64,000 bases of DNA from Minisyncoccota bacterium (GTDB lineage Bacteria > Patescibacteriota > Microgenomatia > UBA1400 > UBA12028): assembly GCA_016211945.1 (NCBI GenBank), contig JACRHV010000004.1:66649-130648 (forward strand). The letters run 5' to 3'. Below are positions 28,003 to 37,910 of this stretch, piece by piece; within the stretch, counting starts at the first letter, position 1; each line of letters begins with the position of its first letter. The notes under the pieces were generated by a model, which had not been told where the DNA came from, searched no databases, and saw only the letters and a list, made by a program, of their open reading frames with translations. A program made the translations under genes and the position numbers.

Positions 28003-29164
28003 ACTTATTAAATCCACTTTCTTTCATGAGCTACAAACAAAAAAGGCATTATGTGCTTTTATTTTGAAATCAGAACAACTTAGCATTGGAAAAAAATGTG
28101 ATGAATTCGAAAAAAGATTTGCAATCTGGCAAAAAAGAAAATTTTGTGTCCTATTCAATACGGGTAGTTCGGCAAATTTAGCTCTCATTCAGGCACTATT
28201 GAATCTTGGAGTAATTGGAAAGGGTTCAAAAATTGGATTTTCTGGTATTACCTGGGCTACAAATGTGATGCCACTAATGCAGTTGGGACTAGAACCAATT
28301 CCAATTGATGTTGAAGTTGAATCTCTGAACGTTTCACCAAAAACGTTAGAAGACTCGTATAATAAAAATCCTTTCCAATGCCTCTTTCTTACTAATTTAC
28401 TTGGACTATCAGATGATATTCTGGGTATAAAAAATTTCTGCCAAGAGAAAAACATTCTACTTCTTGAAGATAACTGCGAATCACTTGGGAGCATTTCCAA
28501 TAATATAATGCTTGGTAATTTTGGATTAGCATCCACATTTTCATTTTTTGTTGGTCATCATATGTCAGCCATAGAAGGTGGTGCAGTGTGTACAAACGAT
28601 AAAGATTTGAATCGAGAGCTTCGCATGGTGAGATCTCACGGATGGGACAGACATCTATCAAAAAAAGAACAAAAGTTTCTGAGATTAAAACATAACATTT
28701 CAGATTTTGAAGCTAAATATACTTTTTTTGATCTTGCGTATAACTTACGACCCACTGAAATTACTGGTTTCTTAGGTCTTCATCAGCTTGCATTTCTACA
28801 CAAAACAATAAAGTCTCGTGAATCAAATTTCAATGCATTCCTTACTTTGCTAAAAAATTCTGCAAAATTTTACCCCTTAAATATTAAAATGAATTGCACT
28901 TCAAATTTTGCTATGCCAATCATTTGTAAGGCGGAAGTTACTAAGAAAAAATGCATTCAATTATGTAAAAAAAAGGGTATTGAAATTCGTCCTATTGTTG
29001 GTGGTGTTATGTCTGATCAACCTTTTTTCAAAAAATATATTACGAAAACCTTTTATCTCCCCAACTCTAGACTTATTCATAAAAACGGGTTTTATTTTGC
29101 CAATAACCCTGAATTATCTCAAAAAGAGATTAAATATATTATTTCTACATTATCTTCGATATAA
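27995..29164 (+). CDS. DegT/DnrJ/EryC1-family PLP enzyme (RfbH/sugar aminotransferase or dehydratase-like)
   Basis: 389 aa. ...LSIGKKCDEFEKRFAIWQKRKFCVLFNTGSSANLALIQALL... follows the DegT-family pattern. 8-nt overlap with wzx. Confidence 0.65.
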   Translation: MIKLIKSTFFHELQTKKALCAFILKSEQLSIGKKCDEFEKRFAIWQKRKFCVLFNTGSSANLALIQALLNLGVIGKGSKIGFSGITWATNVMPLMQLGLEPIPIDVEVESLNVSPKTLEDSYNKNPFQCLFLTNLLGLSDDILGIKNFCQEKNILLLEDNCESLGSISNNIMLGNFGLASTFSFFVGHHMSAIEGGAVCTNDKDLNRELRMVRSHGWDRHLSKKEQKFLRLKHNISDFEAKYTFFDLAYNLRPTEITGFLGLHQLAFLHKTIKSRESNFNAFLTLLKNSAKFYPLNIKMNCTSNFAMPIICKAEVTKKKCIQLCKKKGIEIRPIVGGVMSDQPFFKKYITKTFYLPNSRLIHKNGFYFANNPELSQKEIKYIISTLSSI

Positions 29165-29169
29165 ATCTT

Positions 29170-30381
29170 ATGCGTATTGCAATCGTTATTTGGCAAATCG
29201 TAACCAATGGAGGATCTGTTCGGCAAGCTTTAGAACTTGCAAATTCTCTTCAGAGACTTGGTCATGACGTCGAACTAGTAACGTATGCATTTAGTAAATT
29301 ACATTGTTATCCAGAGTTAACAAAATCTTTAAAGATCTATTGTGCCGATTCTATTTCAATGTCTCAGTTCTTTTATAATCCGTCCGCATCCATTTTTGTT
29401 CGAATCTTTGGGTTTTTTTACAATATGTTCGTTGCTCATATTCATACAAGTGCAATTAAAGAAAAGCTTTTAGAAAGAAATTCATTTAAACAATTTGATG
29501 TTGTCAACTATCATGACAACGGAGTTATTCAACTCGCCAAATATTTTCCAAGATCAAAAAACATCTGGATGATGAATGATCCTTCATCATTTATTGATAC
29601 GAAAGAAAAGGATGCATCAGTGTATGCAAAAACATCATTGATTTCAATCTTAGCTTATCTTGAATCAAGATATATAAATAAACTTCTTCGGTCTATTGAT
29701 AGAATCATTGTGTTGGATGAAAGAAACAAGTCTATTGTCTGTAAATACTACAGTCGTGAAGCGCACATCGTACGTAGTGGTGTAGCTCTATGCACAACAA
29801 ACAAGTTTTCTTTCAGAAACAAAAAAAATCAAGTTTTACGTATAATGTCAACAAATATTTTTTTTCGACATAGGAGATATGAAGACCTCATTGAGGCGAT
29901 TAAAATTATTGTGTTAAGAAAAAATCATCCTCAATTTCACGTGTATATTATTGGTGATCCAATTTCAGATCTTGGATATTACCATGAAATACGTTTCAGT
30001 GTTTCAAAATATCGACTTGAAAAATATATTACATTTCTTGGAAAAGTTTCTGAATCTGAACTTAATGAACAATATGAACGCGCAGATATTTTTGTGTTCC
30101 CTAATCATAATCAAACTTGGGGATTGTCTGTTTTCGAAGCAATGCTTCATGGTTGTGCATGTATAGTAAGTAAAACTGCTGGAGCACATGAAGTGCTTAA
30201 AGATGGACAAAATGTTTTACTTATTCAACCAAAAAAACCACTCGATCTTGCTGAAAAATTGTTATTACTTCTACGATCGACAACTCTTCGTAAATCTCTA
30301 GCAAAAGAAGGATTTCAGTTTGTACAAAAAAATATATCTTGGGACAAATATGCCAAAGACATGACTGTTATTTTTTCATAA
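29170..30381 (+). CDS. family 4 glycosyltransferase
   Basis: C-terminal motif FVFPNHNQTWGLSVFEAMLHGCACIVSKTAGAHEVLKDGQNVLLIQP. Confidence 0.8.
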   Translation: MRIAIVIWQIVTNGGSVRQALELANSLQRLGHDVELVTYAFSKLHCYPELTKSLKIYCADSISMSQFFYNPSASIFVRIFGFFYNMFVAHIHTSAIKEKLLERNSFKQFDVVNYHDNGVIQLAKYFPRSKNIWMMNDPSSFIDTKEKDASVYAKTSLISILAYLESRYINKLLRSIDRIIVLDERNKSIVCKYYSREAHIVRSGVALCTTNKFSFRNKKNQVLRIMSTNIFFRHRRYEDLIEAIKIIVLRKNHPQFHVYIIGDPISDLGYYHEIRFSVSKYRLEKYITFLGKVSESELNEQYERADIFVFPNHNQTWGLSVFEAMLHGCACIVSKTAGAHEVLKDGQNVLLIQPKKPLDLAEKLLLLLRSTTLRKSLAKEGFQFVQKNISWDKYAKDMTVIFS

Positions 30382-31183
30382 AAACAGCAATTTTCTGTGA
30401 GATATTTTTTCCAATTGAAATCATAATCAAACCAGCGATATAGCGAAAAATGAGATGAATAAAAAGAAACACGTTATTTCCACAATATTTCAAAGCAACA
30501 AAAAATGCTTGATTGTGATGATGTAACGTAAATTTTGCACTTTTTGCCCCAGAGTAATACCGTAGATTAGAAAGTGTATGTGGAATGATCCCCGGTTCAG
30601 TGTACTCGAGAAAACGAAGCCAAAGGTCATAGTCCATAGCAAGATGAAGATCTTTCCGAAGATACCCAACCTTTTTTAGGAGGGCTCGCTTATAAAAACA
30701 TGATGGTTGTCCAATATTGAACGCGTATGAACGAAATAAGAAGGATGAGAAGCGCAAATGCTGGAATGATTTATATAAGTTTTCACCTTCATTTACTACA
30801 TTCCATCCGCCAAATGCCCATAAAACATCTGTGTGGGATCGAAAATATTGCAACACTCGCTTGAGTGCGTATGGCTCAAGAAAATCGTCCGAATTGACAT
30901 ATCCCACAATCTCTGCATTTGCGAGTAGAAAACCTTTATTTAAGGCATCTGACTGTCCATCGTCTTTTTCACAAATGTATACAAAATCAATTCCACTTTT
31001 CTTAAAAAGTGGTTTGTATTTATGAACAAGTGAAGACGTTTCATCTGTCGAAATAGCATCAACTAGAATGTACTGTAAATCTCCAGGTGATAGATGTTGG
31101 TTAAGAATACTTTGAAAAGTCTTCTCTATATACTTCCCTTGGTTAAAACTAGGCGTTATTATCGATATTCTCGTCTTCTTCAT
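30368..31183 (-). CDS. family 2 glycosyltransferase
   Basis: ISIITPSFNQGKYIEKTFQSILNQ...ILVDAISTDET...YVNSDDFLEP. Its 3' end overlaps the convergent GT4 by 14 nt. Confidence 0.8.
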   Translation of the reverse strand: MKKTRISIITPSFNQGKYIEKTFQSILNQHLSPGDLQYILVDAISTDETSSLVHKYKPLFKKSGIDFVYICEKDDGQSDALNKGFLLANAEIVGYVNSDDFLEPYALKRVLQYFRSHTDVLWAFGGWNVVNEGENLYKSFQHLRFSSFLFRSYAFNIGQPSCFYKRALLKKVGYLRKDLHLAMDYDLWLRFLEYTEPGIIPHTLSNLRYYSGAKSAKFTLHHHNQAFFVALKYCGNNVFLFIHLIFRYIAGLIMISIGKNISQKIAVFMKK

Positions 31184-31195
31184 ACCCTTTATTCT

Positions 31196-32965
31196 CTACT
31201 TATATACACAAAGAAACTTTTGATTATCAAGACTTTCGCACAGTAGCGCATCTGCATTGTTGTAGTCTGAACTTATTATCTTGTACTCTGCTTTTTCATA
31301 CGAAGCAACAATTCGCGTTTTGTTCTCAAATCTATCAAGTTCAATCCAAAAAGGATAGATAAATCCACTCTCAATATTAATATAAACCGACTGAGCATGC
31401 TGTTTTTCTAAATACATAGCAATATTTCTGTATGATGTTTTCCATTCTGGATATACTGTGTAATATTGGTCTGCTCTTAATACAGACCAAAAAGGTAAAG
31501 GGACTCGTATGTGATTTTTAGAAAAATAATGTAGTTGATCTTCTACAAAAGAATATGAGATATATGGCTTTAAACTATTGGTAAAAATAAGAATAAAAGC
31601 TAATAGCACAGAGAAAAATGAAATAATTTTAAGCATCCTTTTGTATCGAGATAAAACCAAAATGGCACTTATTGTCATCACTACTAGAATCGGTAGTAAT
31701 AATCTAGAATGCCATGGTTGCCAACGAAAAAGTGCTGAAAATAAAATAAACGAAGAAACACTACATAAATATACTTTTGTTTCTAACTTTTGACGCTCTC
31801 TTCTAAGTAGAGAGGCGCATATTAAAAACCCCGCTACTATGCTGAGTAATATTTGAAAAGGGTTACCAACAAGATCTTCATGTGGAAACAGAATACTTTT
31901 CACCATAAACTCTGTATTTGGCCAAGTAGTTCCAGGGTCATTCATATTTATACCCAATATGGTATGTAAGCCTGCAACAAATGATGTCATTTGTGATGAG
32001 AAAAATGGGATTGGTATTTGAAAAAATAGATTACGAATAACATTTGATAAGACAACATTTATTTCAATTCTACTATTTAAAAATGGCACTTCTATAAATT
32101 CCTCAGATATAGGAAAAAGGGAATGGAAAAGATAAAAACGCTGGAAAAGAAGTGGAGAAACAATAAAGATGCTAATTAAAAGGCAGCCTATTATCTGAAA
32201 AAAATATTCCTTCTTAAGGAAGAAAGTGCTCTTCCATAGTATAAATGGGAGTAAAAATACACCAAGAGAATCTTTACACAGTACGCTCAATGAGCCTGCA
32301 ATTGTAGCGTAACAAAGATATTTCCACTTTAATATTGAGTCTAATTTTAAAAGAAAATATACACTTGTTAAGAAAAGAAAGGTTGAAAGTAAATCTGTTT
32401 GCACTGAATTTGCCTGCAATACAGCCATTGGCATAAGACCAACTATGTAAAGTAATTCTCTTCGTATTGAATCTTTTTGCTCAAATAAGAAGGACCACAT
32501 ATACAGAACTATCAAAAATAAGACATACGAGGAAAATTGCGAAATAAATACAAGTCTATCTGATGTAGTTGTGCCAATAATTACTGCAAAAAGTATCTCT
32601 GGTAATTGTCCCATATAGTCGTGAGAAGTATAGATAGATTGTTGAAACACACTTTTCTCTTGTAACCAATATCTTGCTCTTGGAAGGTGGTATGTCATTC
32701 CATCTGTTGTATTTGCTGAACTCCAAAAACCCTGAATGAAAAGAAGTATCAGTGTTATTGAAAAGAGGATAGAAATGAAAGATTTCATGTGGAGAGAAAA
32801 AATATTCCAAATCTTTTTCCAAAAAAAAGATGCTAAAAAAAATTGAAGTAAAATCAAAGGAAATCTTGAAAAAAGGTGAAAAAGTGATAAGAATATCGAT
32901 CCAATATACGTGAGCAATATCCATTGCAATACAATGATAACGAATTTTTCAAGTTTACTTTGCAT
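31196..32965 (-). CDS. polytopic membrane protein, putative GT-C-like glycosyltransferase or polymerase
   Basis: 589 aa with about 13 helices. Early loop motif ANTTDGMTYHLPRARYW (D-G-x-x-H type). Hydrophilic C-terminal domain. Confidence 0.4.
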   Translation of the reverse strand: MQSKLEKFVIIVLQWILLTYIGSIFLSLFHLFSRFPLILLQFFLASFFWKKIWNIFSLHMKSFISILFSITLILLFIQGFWSSANTTDGMTYHLPRARYWLQEKSVFQQSIYTSHDYMGQLPEILFAVIIGTTTSDRLVFISQFSSYVLFLIVLYMWSFLFEQKDSIRRELLYIVGLMPMAVLQANSVQTDLLSTFLFLTSVYFLLKLDSILKWKYLCYATIAGSLSVLCKDSLGVFLLPFILWKSTFFLKKEYFFQIIGCLLISIFIVSPLLFQRFYLFHSLFPISEEFIEVPFLNSRIEINVVLSNVIRNLFFQIPIPFFSSQMTSFVAGLHTILGINMNDPGTTWPNTEFMVKSILFPHEDLVGNPFQILLSIVAGFLICASLLRRERQKLETKVYLCSVSSFILFSALFRWQPWHSRLLLPILVVMTISAILVLSRYKRMLKIISFFSVLLAFILIFTNSLKPYISYSFVEDQLHYFSKNHIRVPLPFWSVLRADQYYTVYPEWKTSYRNIAMYLEKQHAQSVYINIESGFIYPFWIELDRFENKTRIVASYEKAEYKIISSDYNNADALLCESLDNQKFLCVYK

Positions 32966-34026
32966 TATATTTTCCCATATATTTGTATTAGCTTTTTTCC
33001 CGATGTTACTACTCTTGATTGGATCTTCATTTTATTTGTCTGTACGAGTTTTGTTAATGTCTTACAATCAATTGCAATTAATCCTGTTAATTCAGCTAAT
33101 TTCATACTTATACTATCGTTGTACAACGATCTTTTACCAACTGCAGTCGGTAACCCTGATGCAATCGATTCATACACAGGATATCCATATCCTTCATACA
33201 CGCTTGGAAAAACCGCAGCAGAAGCCTCAAAATATAAAGAAAATAACTCTTCATCTGAAATATTTTTTCTCCAAAAAATGCCAGAGGAAGATTGAACCAA
33301 GTTTTTTACTTTTTCTTCATCTTTTCCATTCTTTCCTATTAATATAAGCGAATATTTCTTTTTCATATCCCATTTGTTGTACAGCTCAATGAGATATGGT
33401 ATCCGTTTATGTGGGTACATAGCACTTACGCATATTATGTAATCCTTTTGACGTATTCCATTCTTGCTATTTTTCATTAACAAGCGAATAAATAATGGTG
33501 AGATCCAAGGTTCAATAATTACAATTTTATTTTTGAATTGAGGAAAATAATGACAAATCCTTTGATAACTAAATGAAGAATCTGTCAAAATAAGATGTGC
33601 TGTATTTATCGAAAAAAATGAAAGAATGCATTGTACAATCCAGGTTGTTTTTGTAAAGTCTTGAGGAAAGTCTAACCAATTTGTATCATGAACCGTAATT
33701 ATTCTTTTTGCTAAAGTGAAAATGGGTCCTATATATCCAAATGAGTGAATAATATTGCACCTATTCCAAACTATGATCAATGGAAAAATAAATTGTTCAT
33801 AAAATATTCTTAAAATTCTATGTGTGGCTAAGATCGGACATAACACTTTTTTAACGTTCTTACTAGTGACCACGAATGAAAAATAATTCTCTTTATTACA
33901 AAAAAGAATATATTGATTTTTCTGATCTATTCTTTCTAATTCTTGAATAAAAAGTCGAGCATAACGCTCTGTGCCACCGACTTGACCAGGCACAAGATAA
34001 AGAAGGTTAATTCCGATACGTTTCAT
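32965..34026 (-). CDS. family 4 glycosyltransferase
   Basis: AAVFPSVYEGYGYPVYESIASGLPTAVGKRSLYND. Start placed at MKRIGINLLYLVPGQVGGTERY. Confidence 0.8.
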   Translation of the reverse strand: MKRIGINLLYLVPGQVGGTERYARLFIQELERIDQKNQYILFCNKENYFSFVVTSKNVKKVLCPILATHRILRIFYEQFIFPLIIVWNRCNIIHSFGYIGPIFTLAKRIITVHDTNWLDFPQDFTKTTWIVQCILSFFSINTAHLILTDSSFSYQRICHYFPQFKNKIVIIEPWISPLFIRLLMKNSKNGIRQKDYIICVSAMYPHKRIPYLIELYNKWDMKKKYSLILIGKNGKDEEKVKNLVQSSSGIFWRKNISDEELFSLYFEASAAVFPSVYEGYGYPVYESIASGLPTAVGKRSLYNDSISMKLAELTGLIAIDCKTLTKLVQTNKMKIQSRVVTSGKKLIQIYGKI

Positions 34027-34967
34027 TGTGCATTCTTGATACCCATATACCACTCTATTGTCTTTTTTAACCCCACATTAAAATCTACTGTAGATTTAAA
34101 ACCAAATTCTCGTTCTGCTAATCGACTATCAATTTTCCTCTTTGGTTGCCCATCTGGTTTTGTATGATCGAATATAATTTCACCTTGAAAATCAACAAGT
34201 TTTGCTATAAGTCGGGCAAGTTCTCCAATACTAATCTCAAGATTTGAACCTAAGTTAACTGGATTTGCTTTATTATATTTTTTTGTAGCTAGAACTATTC
34301 CTTTTGCTGCATCCTCAACATATAAGAATTCACGAGTTGGCGTACCAGTCCCCCATATATCCACCTCAGAAACATTTGTAGATTTTGCGTCACAGAATTT
34401 TTTTATCAAAGCTGGAATTACATGTGAAACTTTGGGATCAAACTTGTCTCCAGGACCATAGAGATTTGTTGGTAATAGAAAAATAGCATTAAATCCATAC
34501 TGCTTTCGATATGCAGCAGATTGAACAAGTAACATTTTTTTCGCCAAACCATATGGTGCATTTGTTTCTTCTGGATATCCATTCCAAATATCTTTTTCTT
34601 TAAATGGTACTGGAGTAAATTTTGGATATGCACAGATTGTACCCAGAGCAACAAATTTCTGCACTCCCGCTTTCCAAGCTTCATGCATAGCATGTACACC
34701 CATCAAAATATTATCGTAAAAGAGCTCCGCAGGATGTTCTTGGTTATATCCAATTCCTCCAACATTTGCCGCAAGATGAATAACAACATCTGTATTTTTA
34801 AAAAGGCGAGCACAAACATCAGGCCTACGCAAATCATAGTCTTTTGATGATGGAATAATAATCTCTTTAACTTCTTCTTTCTTTAACTCTGCAACTAGGT
34901 GCTTTCCTAAAAACCCGTTTCCACCAGTGACTACAATAATCTTATTTTTCAACAAAAGCTCCTTCAT
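34023..34967 (-). CDS. fcl: GDP-L-fucose synthase (GDP-4-keto-6-deoxy-D-mannose 3,5-epimerase/4-reductase)
   Basis: 314 aa. IIVVTGGNGFLGKHL...VIHLAANVGGIGYNQEHPAELFYDNILMG...NAPYGLAKKML...FLLPTNLYGPGDKFDPKVSHVIPALIKKF matches Fcl/WcaG closely. Confidence 0.85.
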   Translation of the reverse strand: MKELLLKNKIIVVTGGNGFLGKHLVAELKKEEVKEIIIPSSKDYDLRRPDVCARLFKNTDVVIHLAANVGGIGYNQEHPAELFYDNILMGVHAMHEAWKAGVQKFVALGTICAYPKFTPVPFKEKDIWNGYPEETNAPYGLAKKMLLVQSAAYRKQYGFNAIFLLPTNLYGPGDKFDPKVSHVIPALIKKFCDAKSTNVSEVDIWGTGTPTREFLYVEDAAKGIVLATKKYNKANPVNLGSNLEISIGELARLIAKLVDFQGEIIFDHTKPDGQPKRKIDSRLAEREFGFKSTVDFNVGLKKTIEWYMGIKNAQ

Positions 34968-35008
34968 AATATGAATTGTATCAAGAATATACGTGGAAGA
35001 ACAGGTTC

Positions 35009-35788
35009 TTATTTTATTATTAAGTACGCACGAACAATAAACTTGGCGTGAAGTTTATGCAATTCTAATAAGATAGGATTTGTTGTGTATCTCTTCAACA
35101 CCATAACCTCTTCTTCAAATTGATTCACAAACTGAGATCTGCCCTTTGATTGTTGATGAATACGAAAAACGGATAAAGCTTCAGGCATGACATATAAAGG
35201 ATATTTTTGTATCAATCTCAACCAAAAATCATAATCCATGCAATAGTGCAGCGACACATCGAATATTCCAATCTCTCTCATCGCACCACGTCGCCAAAAC
35301 GTACTTGGTTGTGCAATGCTATTTGCAATACCTAGAGTAAAGAACGTTGGTACTTTCCGTAACATCTTCTTATACCAACGAACATATTCATGTATTCTTT
35401 TCCCTCGTCCATTTACGATAAAATAATCTCCCGTCACCCACATAGCTTTAGGATTATCTGCAAAAAAAGCCGCAACTTTTTGCAATGTGCCAGGGAGGTA
35501 ATAATCATCTGAGTTCAAATACCCGATAATGTCGCCGTGCGATCGTTCAATTCCTTTATTAATGGCATCGGCTTGTCCCTTGTCCCTCGTACTTTCCCAC
35601 AATACTCTTTTTCCGTATGATCTTAAAATGTTTACAGAACCATCGGTTGATCCGCCGTCCATAACAATATATTCAACTCGTGGGTAATCTTGTTGTACGA
35701 CACTCTCAATTGTTTGTGGGAGAAACGATGCTTGGTTGTAACTTGGTGTGATGATACTAATGGTTGGAGATTTTACGTTTGTTGGCAT
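35009..35788 (-). CDS. family 2 glycosyltransferase
   Basis: ISIITPSYNQASFLPQTIESVVQQDYPRVEYIVMDGGSTDGS...YLNSDDYYLPG. Confidence 0.8.
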   Translation of the reverse strand: MPTNVKSPTISIITPSYNQASFLPQTIESVVQQDYPRVEYIVMDGGSTDGSVNILRSYGKRVLWESTRDKGQADAINKGIERSHGDIIGYLNSDDYYLPGTLQKVAAFFADNPKAMWVTGDYFIVNGRGKRIHEYVRWYKKMLRKVPTFFTLGIANSIAQPSTFWRRGAMREIGIFDVSLHYCMDYDFWLRLIQKYPLYVMPEALSVFRIHQQSKGRSQFVNQFEEEVMVLKRYTTNPILLELHKLHAKFIVRAYLIIK

Positions 35789-36128
35789 ACATCGCTCTTT
35801 CCCTAATCATGTGTTCTAATTTTTTCTCCAGTCGCTTGAAGTACATGCGATTCTGAAAAGTGAAAAAAACAACGATCATCAGTGCAACAATAACGAGTAG
35901 ATCAAATACTCGGGAGATATGCAGTGTCTCTGTTATACCTTGAAATGTCTGTGGAAACAGTGCGGTTAATCCGAATGCTGTCCACAGGCTTATCCAACAC
36001 CAAAACTCAAGGGCATCAAGATGTTGTTTTTTATGATGAATACGAACGACATACATCATAAAGAAGGCAAAAATAACAGAAATTACCTGCAATGGAATCA
36101 TAGCCCCACCCTCCATTGAAAGAGACAT
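35757..36128 (-). CDS. small 3-4 TM membrane protein, DUF2304/GtrA-like partner of a polyprenol-phosphate GT2
   Basis: 123 aa. Hydrophobic segments MIPLQVISVIFAFFMMYVV, FWCWISLWTAFGLTALF, VFDLLVIVALMIVVFF, then a basic tail. It overlaps both neighbours by about 31 nt, so the start may be a later Met. Confidence 0.5.
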   Translation of the reverse strand: MSLSMEGGAMIPLQVISVIFAFFMMYVVRIHHKKQHLDALEFWCWISLWTAFGLTALFPQTFQGITETLHISRVFDLLVIVALMIVVFFTFQNRMYFKRLEKKLEHMIRERAMYANKRKISNH

Positions 36129-36757
36129 CGCGCGATATGCGCCGCATCAATCGCGGTCATTCCCTTTTCTGCATCATGATAAATCGCATCAATCTCGATG
36201 ATCGAGAACGGCATCCTCAACTTCGCCACACGTACTGCAATCTCGGTCTCAACCTCATACCCCGCCGAGTTCCATTGGAGCTTGGCATACGCTTTTTTTG
36301 ACATTGCTTTGTATCCCGACGGAATGTCTGGAATATATCGTCCAAATAATACATTAAGCAATACTGAGGCAAGTCTGTTTCCAAGGAACTTCATCATTGG
36401 TGTTGTCGGGCTGAATTTTCTCACACCAAACACTACTTGATTTCCCTGCTTTAATGCATCAAAGAATTTAGGAAGTTCTGCTACGTCATGCTGATCGTCT
36501 GCATCCATAAAAACTACCGCGTCTGCCTTTATTGTATGAAAAACGTAGTCGCACGCTGTGCGCAACGCCGCCCCCTTGCCAAGGTTCGACTCGTGTACAA
36601 GAACGTGATCTGTATATCGTCGTGCAATCTGCGCAGATTTGTCTCGAGAACCATCGTCAACATAGACAATATTCGAGCTGTATTGTTTCACTTTCTTTAA
36701 TACAGCCCCCAAATACTTCTCTTCGTTGTATCCCGGAATGACAACATAAATGAACAT
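36098..36757 (-). CDS. polyprenol-phosphate glycosyltransferase, GT2 (DPM1/ArnC/GtrB-like)
   Basis: 219 aa. IYVVIPGYNEEKYLGAVLKKV...VYVDDGSRDKSAQIA...NLGKGAALRTA...VFMDADDQHD. Its short length and the adjacent small membrane partner fit lipid-carrier monosaccharide synthases. Confidence 0.7.
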   Translation of the reverse strand: MFIYVVIPGYNEEKYLGAVLKKVKQYSSNIVYVDDGSRDKSAQIARRYTDHVLVHESNLGKGAALRTACDYVFHTIKADAVVFMDADDQHDVAELPKFFDALKQGNQVVFGVRKFSPTTPMMKFLGNRLASVLLNVLFGRYIPDIPSGYKAMSKKAYAKLQWNSAGYEVETEIAVRVAKLRMPFSIIEIDAIYHDAEKGMTAIDAAHIARCLFQWRVGL

Positions 36758-36769
36758 ATCAGCAGTGTA

Positions 36770-37906
36770 TCAAGTTTTTTTTGCATTTGCTATGGAATGC
36801 ATTTTCTCGGAAACCGCACGAATCTGTTCTTCAGTCAGCGCTAGTCCAGATGGAAGATAAAGCCCTCGTTCTGATAAGTCTGTAGAAATTGGGTACATTG
36901 ATTGATCGTATGAAAATCTTCTCACTAAAACAGGCTGGAGATGGAGTGGGTAAAAATATGTACGCGTTTCTACTCCAAGTGCCTGCAGCAAATTCATACA
37001 CTCTGCCCGTTTGATCGGGGCATTTGACTTGAGAAGAATGGTGTACATCCAGAACACGCTTTCTGCATAAGGCATCATTTGGGGAAGCTCAATCCATGGT
37101 ATGTCTGACAATAATTCACGATAGTGTTGTGCCATCCAGATTTTTTTCTCTATACTTTCCTTCACATGGAGAAGACCCGCGCATCCCAATGCAGCCTGCA
37201 TATTCGTCATGCGCATGTTAAAACCCAGTTCCTCATGGTAAAACCGTCTTCCGTGCTTATGTGACAGATTCATAAGAAGTGACGCTTTTTCGTATAAAAC
37301 ATCATCATGCATCAGTATCATTCCACCTTCACCCGTTGTAATAATCTTATTTCCATAAAAACTAAAACACCCAATATCGCCGATGCTACCAACCTTTTTC
37401 CCTTTGTACGTTGCACCATGCGCCTCAGCGGCATCCTCGATTACCCTAAGGTTGTGTTTTCGTGCGATTTTCATGATGGGATCCATATCAGCCGCTTGCC
37501 CGTACAGATGCACTACCATGATCGCCTTTGTTCTTGGTGTGATACATTTTTCGATCTTCAATGGATCAATATTTCCCGTTTTTAAATCAACATCGACAAG
37601 CACCGGCTTTGCACCAACGTAAAGTGCGGCAAACGCGCATGAAATAATGGTAAGGTCGGGTATGATAATCTCATCGCCGGCGCCAATTCCTAGTGTTGCC
37701 AGCGCGAGATGTAATGCTTCTGTCCCATTTGTCACAGAAACGGCGTGTTCTACATCCAAAAACCGAGCGAACTCTTCCTCAAAACGCTTGACATACTTTC
37801 CGGAAGATGAAATCCATCCTGTGTCCAGACAGTCCAACACATACGTCCTCGCCTCGGGATAAATGACTGGCTCGTTTACGCGGATTGTTGGTTGTATATT
37901 CGCCAT
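36770..37906 (-). CDS. DegT-family PLP-dependent aminotransferase, ArnB-like (UDP-4-keto-sugar aminotransferase)
   Basis: 378 aa. ...YVLDCLDTGWISSSGKYVKRFEEEFARFLDVEHAVSVTNGTEALHLALATLGIGAGDEIIIP. Confidence 0.85.
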   Translation of the reverse strand: MANIQPTIRVNEPVIYPEARTYVLDCLDTGWISSSGKYVKRFEEEFARFLDVEHAVSVTNGTEALHLALATLGIGAGDEIIIPDLTIISCAFAALYVGAKPVLVDVDLKTGNIDPLKIEKCITPRTKAIMVVHLYGQAADMDPIMKIARKHNLRVIEDAAEAHGATYKGKKVGSIGDIGCFSFYGNKIITTGEGGMILMHDDVLYEKASLLMNLSHKHGRRFYHEELGFNMRMTNMQAALGCAGLLHVKESIEKKIWMAQHYRELLSDIPWIELPQMMPYAESVFWMYTILLKSNAPIKRAECMNLLQALGVETRTYFYPLHLQPVLVRRFSYDQSMYPISTDLSERGLYLPSGLALTEEQIRAVSEKMHSIANAKKT

Positions 37907-37910
37907 ACGC

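Noticed and set aside
34968-35008. Weak hairpin (aagaac-ag-gttctt) downstream of the GT2 at 35009..35788
   Set aside because: It is only a 6-bp stem with a 2-nt loop and no following T-tract, so it is unconvincing as an intrinsic terminator.
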